A DNA stretch of 64,000 bases, taken from NCBI GenBank assembly GCA_963746845.1, contig CAVVCZ010000004.1, positions 512,001 through 576,000 of the forward strand. The letters are read 5' to 3'. The stretch comes from an uncultured Chloroflexia bacterium (GTDB taxonomy: Bacteria; Chloroflexota; Limnocylindria; Limnocylindrales; CSP1-4). Positions 18,662 to 30,101 of this stretch are shown here, piece after piece. Positions within the stretch are counted from its first letter, which is position 1. Every line of letters begins with the position of its first letter. The translations under genes and the position numbers were made by a program. The notes beneath the pieces were generated by a model. It saw nothing but the letters and a program-made list of their open reading frames with translations, was not told the origin of the DNA and did no database searches.

Positions 18662-19836
18662 TGGCGGCCAAGATCCTCGTCGTCGACGACGACCCGAACG
18701 TTCAGCGCCTCCTGCAGTACACCCTCAAGCAGGAGGGCTACGAGGTCGTCATGGCCGCGGACGGGGCCGAGGGGTTCCGCCTGTGGGGGTCCGAGGCGCC
18801 CGACCTGATCCTCCTGGACGTCATGCTTCCGAAGCTCGACGGCTACCAGGTCGCGACGAAGATCCGGACGGAGGAGGGGACCACCGGTCACGTCCCGATC
18901 ATCATGCTCACGGCCGAGCGCGAGGTGGAGCAGAAGGTCCGCGGACTGCGCGCGGGTGCCGACGACTACCTGATCAAGCCGTTCCACCCGGCCGAGCTGA
19001 TGGCCCGGATCAAGAGCCTGCTGGCGCGGTTCGCGCCGCAGGAGACGCTCGTCGGCCGCCCGCCGCTGGGACGCGTTCTCGCCCTGTACGGCGCGAAGGG
19101 CGGGGTGGGGACGACGACGATCGCGATCAACGCCGCGATCGCGTTGCACCGCGAGCTCGGGCGGAAGGTCTGCCTCGTCGACGGCAACCTCCAGTTCGGC
19201 GACCACCGGGTGTTCCTGGACCTCGGCCTCGACAAGAAGTCGATCGTCGACATCGTGACCGCGCCGACCATCGACCAGGACCTCGTCCGCCAGGTGATGG
19301 TCAAGCACGATTCGGGGGTGGACCTGCTCCTCGCCCCGCCGTCGCCGGAGACGGCCGAGCTCGTGACCCAGGAGCACATGCCGATCATCCTCGACCTGCT
19401 CCGCGGGCTGTACGACTACATCGTCATCGACATCGACAAGCGGCTCGACGACATCAACCTCGGGGTCCTCGAGGCGGCCGACACGATGTTCGTCGTGATG
19501 ACCGCGGACCTGTCGTGCCTGAAGAACGTCCGGCTCGTGCTCGAGACGATCGGGCACCTCGGCTACGAGGCGGGCAAGGTCCAGCTCGTCCTGAACCGCT
19601 CGAACGCGTTCACCGGCATCAACGTCAAGAACGCCGAGGGCGCCCTGAAGCGGACGATCGACCACCAGATCGTCAACGAGTACCGCGGCGCGATCAGCGC
19701 CCTGAACTCGGGTGCGCCGTTCATGTTCACGAAGGCGGACTCGCTGCTCGGCCGGTCGCTCCTGGAGTTCGCCCGCGTCGTCGACAAGGCGCCGGCCGCG
19801 GGCGCCGTGGGTCAGGCCGCGCTCGCTCGCGGCTAG
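18661..19836 (+). CDS. Receiver domain fused to CpaE/MinD-like ATPase (Tad pilus CpaE-like)
   Basis: ILVVDDD, LLDVMLP, YLIKPF; then GAKGGVGTTT deviant Walker A, VDGNLQFGD, LVLNR. TATGAT at 18598 and AGGAG RBS. Confidence 0.85.
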   Translation: MAAKILVVDDDPNVQRLLQYTLKQEGYEVVMAADGAEGFRLWGSEAPDLILLDVMLPKLDGYQVATKIRTEEGTTGHVPIIMLTAEREVEQKVRGLRAGADDYLIKPFHPAELMARIKSLLARFAPQETLVGRPPLGRVLALYGAKGGVGTTTIAINAAIALHRELGRKVCLVDGNLQFGDHRVFLDLGLDKKSIVDIVTAPTIDQDLVRQVMVKHDSGVDLLLAPPSPETAELVTQEHMPIILDLLRGLYDYIVIDIDKRLDDINLGVLEAADTMFVVMTADLSCLKNVRLVLETIGHLGYEAGKVQLVLNRSNAFTGINVKNAEGALKRTIDHQIVNEYRGAISALNSGAPFMFTKADSLLGRSLLEFARVVDKAPAAGAVGQAALARG

Positions 19837-19927
19837 GCCGCCCACTCTTCGGCGGCGGCCTGCGCGGTCGATCCCCCGTGAACCCGCGGTGCAGTCCGGG
19901 GTAAGGGCCGCCCGCTAGGGTCGGGCG

Positions 19928-21505
19928 GTGCTCGCAACGCTGCTGTCGTCCGCGATCGTCGGGCTCGACGGTCGGGTCATCCGCGTCGAGGTCGATGTCG
20001 CCCCGGGTCTGCCCGGGTTCACGATCGTCGGCCTTGCCGACGCCGCGCTCCAGGAGGCGCGCGAGCGGGCGCGCGGCGCGATCCGGAACGCCGGATTCAG
20101 CCATCCGCCGCGGCGGATCACGGTCAACCTGGCTCCGGCCGAGCTGCGCAAGACCGGCGCGTCGCTCGACCTGGCGATCGCGATCGGGATCCTGCTCGGG
20201 TCGGAGCAGGTCCGTGCACGACCGGGCCGGCTGGCACTGATCGGCGAGCTGTCCCTCGGCGGCGACGTCCGGTCGGTGCCGGGGATCCTCCCGATGGTCG
20301 TCGCGCTCCGTCGGCGCGGGGTCCGGCGGGTCATCGTGCCTTCCGACGCGGCGGCCGAGGCGCGACTCGTCGACGATCTCGAGATCGTGGGCGTGGGTTC
20401 CCTGCGCGACGCCGTCGAGGCGGTGCGTCGCCGACCGGGTCGGTCGCGACGACCGACGCCGCCGCGGCTCGAGCTGGCCGACGCCGCGTCCGGGTCGTCG
20501 GCGCCGACGGAGACGACGCCGTCTGACGTCGGCCTGCCGCCCGACGATGCTCCGGACCTGTCCGAGGTCCGGGGACAGCTCGAGGCGCGCCGGGCCCTCG
20601 AGATCGCGCTGGCCGGCGGCCACGGGCTCCTGCTGGTCGGACCGCCCGGTTCGGGCAAGACGCTGCTCGCGCGGACGATCCCCGGGCTCCTGCCGCCGCT
20701 CCACGACGCGGAGGCGCTCGCGGCGACCATCGTCGCGTCCGTCGCCGGCGACGGACCGATCGACCGGCTTCGCCGCCGGGCGCCGATGCGGGCACCGCAT
20801 CACACCCTGTCGTACGCGGCGATGGTCGGTGGCGGGCCCCGGATGTCGCCCGGCGAAGTGACCCTCGCGAACCACGGGGTGCTGTTCCTGGACGAGCTGC
20901 CGGAGTTCTCGCGCGATGTCCTGGAGGCGCTCCGCCAGCCGCTCGAGGACGGCCACGTCGCGGTCGCCCGGGTCGGCCGGGCGACCCGCTTCCCGGCCCG
21001 GTTCCAGCTCATCGCGGCAATGAACCCCTGTCCATGCGGCATGGCCGGCGACCCAGACGCCTGTTCGTGCCCGAGCGGCACCCCGGAGCGATACACGGGC
21101 CGAATCTCCGGCCCGCTCCGCGACCGGATCGACCTGTGGGTGACGATGCCGCGGGTCCCGCCCGCCGCGATCGTCACCGGTCGGGAGCCGGAGGGCTCCG
21201 CCGTGGTCGGTGCGCGGATCGCGGCCGCGCGGGTCCGCCAGTCCGAGCGTTCGGGTCGGCTCAACGGGCGTCTGACGGGGCGAGCGCTGCGCACGGCGTG
21301 CGACCTGTCGACGGCTGCGCGGAACCGGGCGGTGGGCCTCGCGACGCTCGAGGCCCTGTCCGGACGAGGCACCGAGCGGCTCCTCCGCGTCGCCCGGACG
21401 ATCGCGGACCTGGCCGGCGCCGACGCCGTAGACATCGACCATCTCGACGAGGCGTCGCGGTTCCGGTCGGTGTCGTCGCGTCAGCGGACCCGCGAGGCAA
21501 GCTGA
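19928..21505 (+). CDS. comM: ComM/YifB Mg-chelatase-like AAA+ ATPase
   Basis: ITVNLAPA, GELSLGG, GPPGSGKT, RAPHHT, GVLFLDELPEF, AAMNPCPCG, SGPLRDRID. Confidence 0.93.
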   Translation: MLATLLSSAIVGLDGRVIRVEVDVAPGLPGFTIVGLADAALQEARERARGAIRNAGFSHPPRRITVNLAPAELRKTGASLDLAIAIGILLGSEQVRARPGRLALIGELSLGGDVRSVPGILPMVVALRRRGVRRVIVPSDAAAEARLVDDLEIVGVGSLRDAVEAVRRRPGRSRRPTPPRLELADAASGSSAPTETTPSDVGLPPDDAPDLSEVRGQLEARRALEIALAGGHGLLLVGPPGSGKTLLARTIPGLLPPLHDAEALAATIVASVAGDGPIDRLRRRAPMRAPHHTLSYAAMVGGGPRMSPGEVTLANHGVLFLDELPEFSRDVLEALRQPLEDGHVAVARVGRATRFPARFQLIAAMNPCPCGMAGDPDACSCPSGTPERYTGRISGPLRDRIDLWVTMPRVPPAAIVTGREPEGSAVVGARIAAARVRQSERSGRLNGRLTGRALRTACDLSTAARNRAVGLATLEALSGRGTERLLRVARTIADLAGADAVDIDHLDEASRFRSVSSRQRTREAS

Positions 21506-22801
21506 GTGACCGGACCGCCGACCGAGCGCGAGGCGTGGGCGCTCCTCCTCTCGATCGACGGTCTCGGGCCGGCGGCGTTCGGTGCCCTGCTCGGGGCGTA
21601 CGGTGGCGGGCTCGCGATCCTCGAGACGGCGTCGCGACGCGGGGCGGCCGGGGCGTTCGCGGCGGTCGCCGCGGCGGCGCAGGGACGACGGTCGGTTCAC
21701 GATCTCGGTCGGCGGATCGTCGAGCTGGCGAGGGACCCGGCGGAGGCGCTCGAGATCCTCCGTGCCTCCGGCGTCGACATCCTGACCCTGGATGACGCGG
21801 CATACCCGGCGCGGCTCCGGGCGATCGAGCTCCCGCCGCCGGCACTCCTCATCCGGGGCGATCCCGCTGCACTCTCGGCGGCGCGGTCGTTCGCGATCGT
21901 CGGAACCCGGAAGCCGACGGAACGCGGCCGGCTGGTCGCGGCCCGGATCGCCGCGACGATCGCGAGGGCCGGCGGCGTCGTCGTCTCCGGTCTGGCCGTC
22001 GGGATCGACGGCGCGGCGCACGCCGCGACGGTCGCGGAGCGCCGTCCGACCGTCGCGGTGCTGGGCTCCGGCCACGACCGTCTCTTCCCGCGGTCGCACC
22101 GCCGCCTCGCCGACGACATCGTCGGAACGGGCGGCGTCCTGATCTCCGAGCGGTTCCCGGACCGGACGGCCAACCGGCAGACGTTCCCGCAACGGAACCG
22201 GCTGATCAGCGGTCTGGCCGAGGCGACGATCGTCGTGGAAGCCGGGCTCCGGAGCGGGGCCCTGATCACCGCGGACCGGGCGCTCGGCCAGGGCCGCGAC
22301 TGCTATGTCGTCCCCGGTCCGATCGACGAGCCTCGTTCCGCCGGCTGCCTCGCGTGGTTCCGCCTGTTCCCGGATGTCGTCCGGCTGGTGACCGGCATCC
22401 CGGAGCTGCTCGCCGACCTCGGGCTGGACCCGAACGGCACCTCGGTGGACGGGGGACGGGTCGCGCTGCCATCTGTCGAGGCCCAGTTGATGGAGCTGGG
22501 ACCGACGGCCGCCGAGGTCGCGCGGTCGCTCATCGAGGGTCACAACTCGATCGACGAGCTCGTGTCGGCGACCGGTCACGCCCCGGCCACGGTGCTCGGA
22601 GCGATCACCCTGCTCGAGATGCGTGGTCTGGCGACGTCGACATATGGTCGCTACCGCGCCGCCGGCCGGCTCGCCTCGACGACTCCGGGATCCGTCGTCA
22701 CGCGACACGCGACCCGCGGGGTGGAACGACGTCGGCGGGATGGCCCGAGCCGCTCGGCGCGCCCACCCCCGGAGTTGCCGGTCTCCGCGAGCTCATGCTA
22801 G
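21506..22801 (+). CDS. dprA: DNA-processing protein DprA
   Basis: AIVGTR, VSGLAVGIDGAAH, FPQRNRLISGL, VEAGLRSGALITA; C-terminal winged helix. Confidence 0.93.
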   Translation: MTGPPTEREAWALLLSIDGLGPAAFGALLGAYGGGLAILETASRRGAAGAFAAVAAAAQGRRSVHDLGRRIVELARDPAEALEILRASGVDILTLDDAAYPARLRAIELPPPALLIRGDPAALSAARSFAIVGTRKPTERGRLVAARIAATIARAGGVVVSGLAVGIDGAAHAATVAERRPTVAVLGSGHDRLFPRSHRRLADDIVGTGGVLISERFPDRTANRQTFPQRNRLISGLAEATIVVEAGLRSGALITADRALGQGRDCYVVPGPIDEPRSAGCLAWFRLFPDVVRLVTGIPELLADLGLDPNGTSVDGGRVALPSVEAQLMELGPTAAEVARSLIEGHNSIDELVSATGHAPATVLGAITLLEMRGLATSTYGRYRAAGRLASTTPGSVVTRHATRGVERRRRDGPSRSARPPPELPVSASSC

Positions 22802-22891
22802 GGTGCCCCTGGTCGCACAGCTCACCCGTCGCGACCGACAGCCCCGAGACGGTGTCTCGTCCCCCAGCGAACCGAGCAGGAGACTGTCGTA

Positions 22892-24556
22892 TTGCGCAAG
22901 GTCGCCGCCGCGGCCCTGGCCGTCCCCATCTTCGCGATCCTCTACCTCCCGCTTCTTGCCCGGAGGTCGGTCGCAGCCAGGGCCGTACTCCTCGGAACCG
23001 TCGGGATCGTCGTCGCCCTCGGGGCGTTCGGACTCTCCCGGCCGGCGCCCACGGCGGCGACCGCACCCGAGCCCCCGATCAGCGCGCTACCCGACGACGC
23101 GTTCCGGTCGATCTCGGCCGACACGAGCCTCGAGGCCGGGGTCCCGATCCACTTCAGCGAGGCGATGGACGCGACGAGCGTCGCAGCCGCCTTGACCGTC
23201 GAGCCGCAGACCGCGGTCGATCTGGTCTGGAGCCCTGACCACAAGACGCTGACGGTGCGCCCATCCAACCACTGGGCCGCGGGCACCTACCACGTGATCA
23301 CCGTCGCACCGGGCGCCCTCGCGGCCTCCGGCCGGCCGATGTCCGCCGTCGTCCGCGCGGCCTTCGTGACCCGGACCCTCACCACGGGCCGGATCGAGGC
23401 CGGGGGCGCCGCCGACGCGGCGTCGATCGGGACCGCCTTCCGCCTGACCTTCGATCGCCCCGTCGCGACGAGCGCCGTCCAGGCCGCGCTCCGCGTGACG
23501 CCCGCGGTCAAGGGCACGCTGATGGCCGTGTCCGCGCGCCTCGACTCGTCGTTGGGATCGGCCCTGTCCTTCGTCTTCACCCCGAACACGTCCCTCGTGC
23601 CCGGCACCGCCTACCACGTCGCGCTCGACGGCCTGACCGATCTCGACGGGTCGCCCGTCCAGGTCGTCGAGGACCTGTCGCTCACGACGGTCCAGGCCCC
23701 GGCGGTGGTCCGGTTCCGCCCGGCGAACGGCGCGAAGAACATCGATCGCCACGCGACCCTGTCCGTGCGCTTCACGACCGGGATGGACCATGCGACCACG
23801 AAGGCCGCGCTCCGGGTCACCGCCAACGGCAAGCCCGTCGCGGGGTCCGTGCAGTTCGCCGAGGCGAGCACCGTCCTCGTCTTCCGGCCGACCAGCGCCC
23901 TCCCGGCGTCGGCGACCGTCGTCATCAGCATCGGCGCGGGCGCCTCGTCCGCACTCGACGTGCCGCTCGGCAAGACCACGACGGCCACCGTCCACACCGT
24001 GGCCGCCCCCAAGCCCGTCGTGAAGACGAAGACCGTCCGGACGACGGGCCATACCACGTCCGGCGGCTCGGGTGGCGGCGGGGGCGGATCGGTCGGCGGC
24101 GGCAGCTGGGGCGCGGTCGAGACGTACTACCTCCGCCTGATGAACTGCACCCGGACCGGCGGCTGGGTGAGCTCGAGCGGCAGCTGCACGAGCCCCGGTG
24201 GCCGGAACGTGGCGGCGCTCAAGCTGGACAGCGGGATCTCCTCGAAGGTGTCCCGGCCGTACGCGAAGAAGCTCGCGGTGGGCAACGACTGCAGCCACTT
24301 CATCGGCGGCAACCCGGGCGACCGGCTGAGCGCGGCGGGCTACCACAGCTACCGCTGGGCCGAGAACATCGGCTGCCGCTCGTCGGGCAGCGCCTACGCC
24401 GCGGTCCTCGGCTCGCACCTCTTCTTCCAGGACGAGAAGTCCAGCAACGGCGGGCACTACGTGAACCTGATGAACTCGGCCTACGACCGGGTCGGGATCG
24501 GGGTCTGGGTGTCCGGCGGCCGCGTCCGCCTCGTCATCGACTTCTACCACCCCTGA
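22892..24556 (+). CDS. Membrane-anchored protein with tandem SbsA/Big_5-like Ig domains and a C-terminal CAP (SCP) domain
   Basis: N-terminal TM segments; repeated (H/T/R)F(S/D/T)xxM/V...L.F.P motifs; CAP motifs WAENIG, GHYVNLMNSAYDRVGIG. Confidence 0.72.
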   Translation: MRKVAAAALAVPIFAILYLPLLARRSVAARAVLLGTVGIVVALGAFGLSRPAPTAATAPEPPISALPDDAFRSISADTSLEAGVPIHFSEAMDATSVAAALTVEPQTAVDLVWSPDHKTLTVRPSNHWAAGTYHVITVAPGALAASGRPMSAVVRAAFVTRTLTTGRIEAGGAADAASIGTAFRLTFDRPVATSAVQAALRVTPAVKGTLMAVSARLDSSLGSALSFVFTPNTSLVPGTAYHVALDGLTDLDGSPVQVVEDLSLTTVQAPAVVRFRPANGAKNIDRHATLSVRFTTGMDHATTKAALRVTANGKPVAGSVQFAEASTVLVFRPTSALPASATVVISIGAGASSALDVPLGKTTTATVHTVAAPKPVVKTKTVRTTGHTTSGGSGGGGGGSVGGGSWGAVETYYLRLMNCTRTGGWVSSSGSCTSPGGRNVAALKLDSGISSKVSRPYAKKLAVGNDCSHFIGGNPGDRLSAAGYHSYRWAENIGCRSSGSAYAAVLGSHLFFQDEKSSNGGHYVNLMNSAYDRVGIGVWVSGGRVRLVIDFYHP

Positions 24557-24661
24557 TCGTGGCGGGCCGCTGACCCGCGGCCGCTGATACCGGCCGTGCC
24601 ATCGGCCGCCGGGACCATCGGGCGGGAGACAGCGCCGCAGCCGACGACGACGATCCGGCCC

Positions 24662-25009
24662 GTGATCCGCAACGCCGTCATCCACATCGCGAACGAGCAG
24701 CCGCTGCTCGCGGACCTCTATGCCATGCCGATCTCGACGGACGTCAGCCTCGTCTGCACGAACGTGCGCATGCTCGACGGCAAGAAGCCGGTGTTCGTCG
24801 ACCGCTCGAGCTCCGTCTTCGTCTTTCCGTACCTCCACGTCCGGTTCATCGAGATCCCGGCCGGAGCGGCCACCGGTCTCGAGACCGATCAGGACGACGA
24901 CGCGCTCGTCGCGGTCGCGGCGGCGGCCGCCAATGGCGAGGGCAACGGGGAGGTCGACGCGGATCTCGAGCTCGACGAGGACTTCCTCCGCCGGATCCGC
25001 GACGTCTGA
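24662..25009 (+). CDS. Hypothetical small protein with acidic C-terminal tail
   Basis: Clean GC3-biased frame. GTG 24662 preferred over 24596 because GACGAT lies 7 nt upstream. Confidence 0.6.
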   Translation: MIRNAVIHIANEQPLLADLYAMPISTDVSLVCTNVRMLDGKKPVFVDRSSSVFVFPYLHVRFIEIPAGAATGLETDQDDDALVAVAAAAANGEGNGEVDADLELDEDFLRRIRDV

Positions 25010-25084
25010 GGCGACGACCCGAGCGATCAACCGCGAAGTCGCGGTTGGCCGAGCGCGAAGGAGCCGGTGCTAGACTCCGCCGCG

Positions 25085-27535
25085 ATGTCCAAGAACCTCG
25101 TGATCGTCGAGAGCCCCGCCAAGGCCCGGACGATCGAGCGCTACCTGGGCCCGGACTACCGGGTCCTCGCTTCCTACGGTCATGTCCGCGACCTCCCCGA
25201 GAATCCCGGCAAGGGCAAGTTCGGGGTCGACGTGGACCATGACTTCGCCCCCGAATATGTCATCTCGGATGATCGCCGCAAGCAGGTCGCCGAGATCACC
25301 AAGGCCGCCAAGTCGGCCGACCAGGTCTTTCTCGCCACGGACCTCGACCGCGAGGGCGAGGCGATCGCCTGGCACGTCGCGGAGGCCGCGAACGTCCCTG
25401 CGTCGAAGACCCAGCGAGTGACCTTCAGCGAGATCACGGAGGGCGCGATCCGCGAGGCGTTCGCCCATCCGCGCGAGATCGACACGAACCTCGTCGATGC
25501 GCAGCAGACGCGTCGGATCGTCGATCGGCTCGTCGGTTACACGCTCAGCCCACTGATCAGCCGCAAGGTCCGCTCGGGGCTGTCGGCCGGACGCGTCCAG
25601 TCCGTCGCGGTCCGGCTCGTCGTGGAGCGCGAACGGGAGATCGGCGCGTTCACCGCCCGCGAGTACTGGACGCTGGAGGCGCTCCTCGCCACCGCCGCGG
25701 GCGAGACGTTCGGCGCCGAGGTCGTCCGGATCGACGGAGCCGCGCTGGACGTGTCCGACGGGGACACCGCCGAACGGCACGCCGGCGCGCTGCGGGAGCT
25801 CCGGCCGCTCGTCACGAAGGTCGGGACCCGCAAGCAGAGCCGCAGCCCGGCCCCGCCGTTCACGACCTCGACGCTCCAGCAGGAGGCGAGCCGGAAGCTC
25901 GGGTTCAGCCCGAAGCGGACGATGTCGGTCGCCCAGCGGCTGTACGAGGGCGCGGACACCCCGGACGGCCACGTCGGACTCATCACCTACATGCGAACCG
26001 ATTCCGTGGCGATCGCCGGCGTCGCGATGGGCGAGGCCCGGGACGTGATCCGCTCGCGCTTCGGCGATCCGTACTCGATGCCCAAGGGCCGGGTCTACAA
26101 GACCAAGACGAAGGGTGCCCAGGAGGCCCACGAATCGATCCGTCCAACGTCGTTCCGGCGCGACCCGGACTCGCTCGCGGGATCACTCTCGGGCGACGAG
26201 CTTCGTCTGTACCGGCTGATCTGGCAGCGGGCGATCGCCTCCCAGATGGCCGCCAAGGAGCTCGAGACGACCACGATCGACCTGGCCGACGGGCAGTACG
26301 AGCTGCGGGCGAGCGCGACGAAGACGCTGTTCGACGGGTTCGCCGCGGTCTACACCGAGGGTCGCGACGACGGCGAGGAGGACGACGCGGAGCGGAGCCT
26401 GCCGCCCCTCGTCGAAGGCGACGCGACGACGGTTCGCGACGTCACCCCGACCCAGCACTTCACCGAGCCGCCGCCGCGGTTCACCGAAGCGACGCTGATC
26501 AAGGCGCTCGAGGAGCACGGGATCGGTCGCCCGTCCACGTACGCCGCCACGATCTCCACGATCGTCGACCGCGGCTACGTCCGGGTCGAGGAGCGCCGGC
26601 TCCACCCGGAGCCGGTCGCGCTCGTCGTCACGGACCTGCTCGTCGAGCACTTCGGCGACTACGTCGACCTGGCGTTCACCGCCCGGATGGAGGAGGACCT
26701 CGACGAGGTCGCCCGGGGCGAGCGCGACTGGGTGCCGCTGCTCCAGGCGTTCTACCCGCCGCTGCGTGACCGCGTCGACGAGGTCCGCAAGACGACGCGC
26801 AGGAGCGACTTCACGACCGAGCCGACCGACGAGGTCTGCTCCGAGGGCCATCCGATGGTGATCCGGCTCGGCCGGAACGGGCGGTTCCTCGCGTGCTCGC
26901 TCTTCCCGGAGCACAAGGAATCGCGACCGCTCCCGGGCGAGGAGGCCCCGCCGCAGGCCGGTGAGGGCGAGGTGTGCCCGCAGTGCGGCGAGGGGACGCT
27001 CGTCGGCAAGCGCGGCCGGTTCGGCCCGTTCGTGGGCTGCTCGCGCTACCCGGACTGTGCCTACATCAAGAAGGAGGGCCCGCCGCCGCCCGAGCCGCTC
27101 GGGTTCGACGTGCCGTGCCCGAAGAACAACGACGGCAACCTCGTGGCACGCCGCGCACGTCGGACCGGCAACGTGTTCTACGGCTGCTCGAACTACCCGA
27201 AGTGCGACTACACGACGAACTTCGCGCCGGTCGGGGCCGTCCACGACACGGACGACGGCCCGGTCGCGCGTCACGGTGAGACGGGGATCTGCCTGCGCTG
27301 CGGCGCGGATGTGCCGCTGCCCGAGGGCGAGGAGCTCGTCGGACGCCGGCTCGAGGGTGGCCCGCCGAACCCCGAGGCGCTCGCGAAGCCGGCCCGAGGC
27401 GGGGCACGCCGCGGGTCCGGGTCGGGCGGCTCGGCGCGCGCCGGACGCAGCACGCGCGGATCGGGCGGTCGAGCCGGCGGCACCGCACGAGGTGGGCGGC
27501 GCACGGCCCCGACCGGGACCGCGCCGGACGCGTGA
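25085..27535 (+). CDS. topA: DNA topoisomerase I
   Basis: [34 protein letters not shown] (catalytic Tyr), GIGRPSTY, C-terminal Zn ribbons. Confidence 0.97.
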   Translation: MSKNLVIVESPAKARTIERYLGPDYRVLASYGHVRDLPENPGKGKFGVDVDHDFAPEYVISDDRRKQVAEITKAAKSADQVFLATDLDREGEAIAWHVAEAANVPASKTQRVTFSEITEGAIREAFAHPREIDTNLVDAQQTRRIVDRLVGYTLSPLISRKVRSGLSAGRVQSVAVRLVVEREREIGAFTAREYWTLEALLATAAGETFGAEVVRIDGAALDVSDGDTAERHAGALRELRPLVTKVGTRKQSRSPAPPFTTSTLQQEASRKLGFSPKRTMSVAQRLYEGADTPDGHVGLITYMRTDSVAIAGVAMGEARDVIRSRFGDPYSMPKGRVYKTKTKGAQEAHESIRPTSFRRDPDSLAGSLSGDELRLYRLIWQRAIASQMAAKELETTTIDLADGQYELRASATKTLFDGFAAVYTEGRDDGEEDDAERSLPPLVEGDATTVRDVTPTQHFTEPPPRFTEATLIKALEEHGIGRPSTYAATISTIVDRGYVRVEERRLHPEPVALVVTDLLVEHFGDYVDLAFTARMEEDLDEVARGERDWVPLLQAFYPPLRDRVDEVRKTTRRSDFTTEPTDEVCSEGHPMVIRLGRNGRFLACSLFPEHKESRPLPGEEAPPQAGEGEVCPQCGEGTLVGKRGRFGPFVGCSRYPDCAYIKKEGPPPPEPLGFDVPCPKNNDGNLVARRARRTGNVFYGCSNYPKCDYTTNFAPVGAVHDTDDGPVARHGETGICLRCGADVPLPEGEELVGRRLEGGPPNPEALAKPARGGARRGSGSGGSARAGRSTRGSGGRAGGTARGGRRTAPTGTAPDA

Positions 27536-28533
27536 CGGCCGCGGCGGCTGAGACGGCCCTGCAGGACTTCCTCGGGTCGCTCGCGGCCCGCGACACCTCC
27601 CCCCACACGCAGCGGTCCTACGCGGGCACGATCCGCTCCTATCTGGACTGGCTGACGAACCGCGGCGTCGACTGGCGGACGCCCGGGCGCGGCGATCTCC
27701 GTGCCTACCTCGCGGTCCTCGGCATGGGTCACGCCCGAAGCTCCACGGCCCAGCGTCTCGCCGCGATCCGCTCGTTCCACCGGTTCGTCGCGCGGGAGGG
27801 CCTCGCCCCGGGCGACCCGTGGGGCGCGATCGCGACGCCACGTCTGCCACGTCGTCTGCCGCGCGTCCTCGAGGTCGAGGAGGTCGAGCGCCTGCTCGCG
27901 GCGGTCGACGACGCCGTTGCGGCCGATGACGGGGCGGCGGACGAGGTCGCGATCGCCATCTCGCTCCGCGACCGGGCGATCGTCGAGACCGCCTATGCGG
28001 CCGGCCTCCGGATCAGCGAGCTCGCGGCGGCGGACCTCGCCTCGCTCGACCTCCGTCGTGGTGAGATCCGGGTCCTCGGCAAGGGCCGCAAGGAGCGGGT
28101 CGGGTTGCTCGGGCGGCCGGCCCGCCTGGCCCTCGAGGGCTACCTCGCGGATGGGCGGCCGATTCTCGCCGCCCGCCGCGCCGTCAGCGCGGACGACGCC
28201 GGCCCGACGGCCGTCTTCCTGAACCACCGCGGCGAAGCACTCGGAGTGCGCGGCCTCCGGTACCGCCTCGAGCTGCTGCGTCGCCGCGCCGGGCTGCCCG
28301 TGGGCGTCTCACCCCATACGCTGCGCCATTCCTTCGCGACGCACCTGCTCGAGGGCGGTGCGGACCTCCGGGTCGTCCAGGAGCTGCTCGGCCACGAGAG
28401 CCTCGCCACGACCCAGGTCTATACCCATGTCTCACCCGCCCGCCTCCGGGCCGCCTACCGTGGCGCGCACCCGCGGGCAGCCCGGCCGACGCCGGGCCCG
28501 GACGCCGCTCCGCTCGACCGCCGCCCCGCGTGA
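27532..28533 (+). CDS. xerC: Tyrosine recombinase XerC
   Basis: [47 protein letters not shown]; follows topA. Confidence 0.88.
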   Translation: MTAAAAETALQDFLGSLAARDTSPHTQRSYAGTIRSYLDWLTNRGVDWRTPGRGDLRAYLAVLGMGHARSSTAQRLAAIRSFHRFVAREGLAPGDPWGAIATPRLPRRLPRVLEVEEVERLLAAVDDAVAADDGAADEVAIAISLRDRAIVETAYAAGLRISELAAADLASLDLRRGEIRVLGKGRKERVGLLGRPARLALEGYLADGRPILAARRAVSADDAGPTAVFLNHRGEALGVRGLRYRLELLRRRAGLPVGVSPHTLRHSFATHLLEGGADLRVVQELLGHESLATTQVYTHVSPARLRAAYRGAHPRAARPTPGPDAAPLDRRPA

Positions 28534-30101
28534 CGTCGTCGCGGGCCCTCGCACGGGCGGGGCTGATCGTCTCGGGGGCGTTCCTCGTCTCGCGCGTGCT
28601 CGGCTGGGTCCGGGTCGTCGTCATCGTCAACGCGGGCCTGTCCGGGTCGGAGCTCGACACGTTCTTCGCGGCGTTCCGGCTGCCCGATCTCGTCTTCCAG
28701 CTCGTCGCGGCCGGTGCGCTGTCCTCCGCGGTGATCCCGATCGTCTCGAGCCTGCTCGCGACGGACGAGACCGCACGTGCCTGGCGGGTCGTCTCGACGA
28801 TCGCGAACCTGATGCTGATCGGGCTCCTCGTCCTCGGCGCGGTCGTGTTCATCGCCGCGCCGGTGCTGATCCCCGCGATCACCCCCGGGTTCAGCCAGGC
28901 GCAGTGGGACCGGACCGTCGAGCTCACCCGGATCATGATCCTCGGCCCGATCTTCCTCGCTCTCGGCTCGCTCGCGACGAGCGTCCTCAACGCCCAGGGC
29001 CGGTTCGCGGCCGCCGCGGTCGCGCCGATCGTCTACAACCTCGCGATCATCGGCGCGGCGTGGCTCCTCGCCCCGACGTACGGAGTCGTCGGCCTGGCGA
29101 TCGGCGTCGTGGCCGGGGCGATCGGCCATCTCCTCGTCCAGATCCGCCCGATCCGCGCGCTCGGCTACCGCTACGACCGGCAGATCGACCTGTCCGACCC
29201 CGAGGCCGGCAAGGCCCTGAAGCTGATGGCGCCGCGGGCGCTCGGGCTCGGCGTCAGCCAGATCACGTTCGTCGTGCTGACGTCGCTCGCCTCGACGATG
29301 GTCACGGGCTCCGTCACCGCGTTCAACGTCGCGTTCACGCTGCTCCAGATCCCGATCGGGGTGATCGGCGTGCCGCTCGGCGTCGTCGTCCTGCCGTCGC
29401 TGTCACGCGAGGCCGCGGTCGGCCGGCTCGAGGGCTTCGCCGGGCTGATCTCGCGCGCGATCCGCCTCGTCGTGTTCGTGATGCTCCCGATCACGGGGAT
29501 CTCGATCGTCCTGCGCGACGACATCGTCCGGCTGCTGTTCGGCTACGGCCAGTTCGACCAGACCGCGATCGACCTGACCGCGGCGACGTTCGCGGCGTTC
29601 CTCGTCGGGCTGACAGCGCACGCCCTGATCGCGATCCTGGCTCGGGCCTTCTACGCCCGCCAGGACACCCGGACCCCCGTTGCCGCTGCGATCCTGGCGG
29701 TCGTCGTCAACACGACCCTGGCGGTCGTCCTCGCGGATCCGCTCGGGCTTCCGGGCCTCGCGCTCGCGATCGCCATCGCGGCCTGGCTCGAGACGATCGT
29801 CCTCGTCGTCCTGCTCAAGCGATCGCTCCCGGAGCTGGCCATCCGTCCGGTCCTGTCGCTTGGCGCGCGGACCATGATCGTGGCGATCCTCGGGTCGCTC
29901 GCGGCGGCGGGTGTCGGCGCCGGGCTCGCGCTCGCGCTCGGCGCCGACCCGTCGCGCGCCGGCCTGCTCGTCCGGATGGTCGTCGTGACGGTCGTCTGGC
30001 TTCTGACGTCGGCCGGGCTTGCCGCCGTGTTGCGGATCACCGAGCTGCCCGCGATGATCGGTCTCGTGCTCGACCTGGTCCGCCGGCCCCGCGCCGCATG
30101 A
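28530..30101 (+). CDS. murJ: Lipid II flippase MurJ
   Basis: [30 protein letters not shown]; many TM helices. Confidence 0.93.
   Translation: MTSSRALARAGLIVSGAFLVSRVLGWVRVVVIVNAGLSGSELDTFFAAFRLPDLVFQLVAAGALSSAVIPIVSSLLATDETARAWRVVSTIANLMLIGLLVLGAVVFIAAPVLIPAITPGFSQAQWDRTVELTRIMILGPIFLALGSLATSVLNAQGRFAAAAVAPIVYNLAIIGAAWLLAPTYGVVGLAIGVVAGAIGHLLVQIRPIRALGYRYDRQIDLSDPEAGKALKLMAPRALGLGVSQITFVVLTSLASTMVTGSVTAFNVAFTLLQIPIGVIGVPLGVVVLPSLSREAAVGRLEGFAGLISRAIRLVVFVMLPITGISIVLRDDIVRLLFGYGQFDQTAIDLTAATFAAFLVGLTAHALIAILARAFYARQDTRTPVAAAILAVVVNTTLAVVLADPLGLPGLALAIAIAAWLETIVLVVLLKRSLPELAIRPVLSLGARTMIVAILGSLAAAGVGAGLALALGADPSRAGLLVRMVVVTVVWLLTSAGLAAVLRITELPAMIGLVLDLVRRPRAA

Noticed and set aside
27532-28533. 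Tyrosine recombinase as a phage or island integrase
   Set aside because: XerC-type motifs and the typical position after topA; no att sites or mobile cargo.
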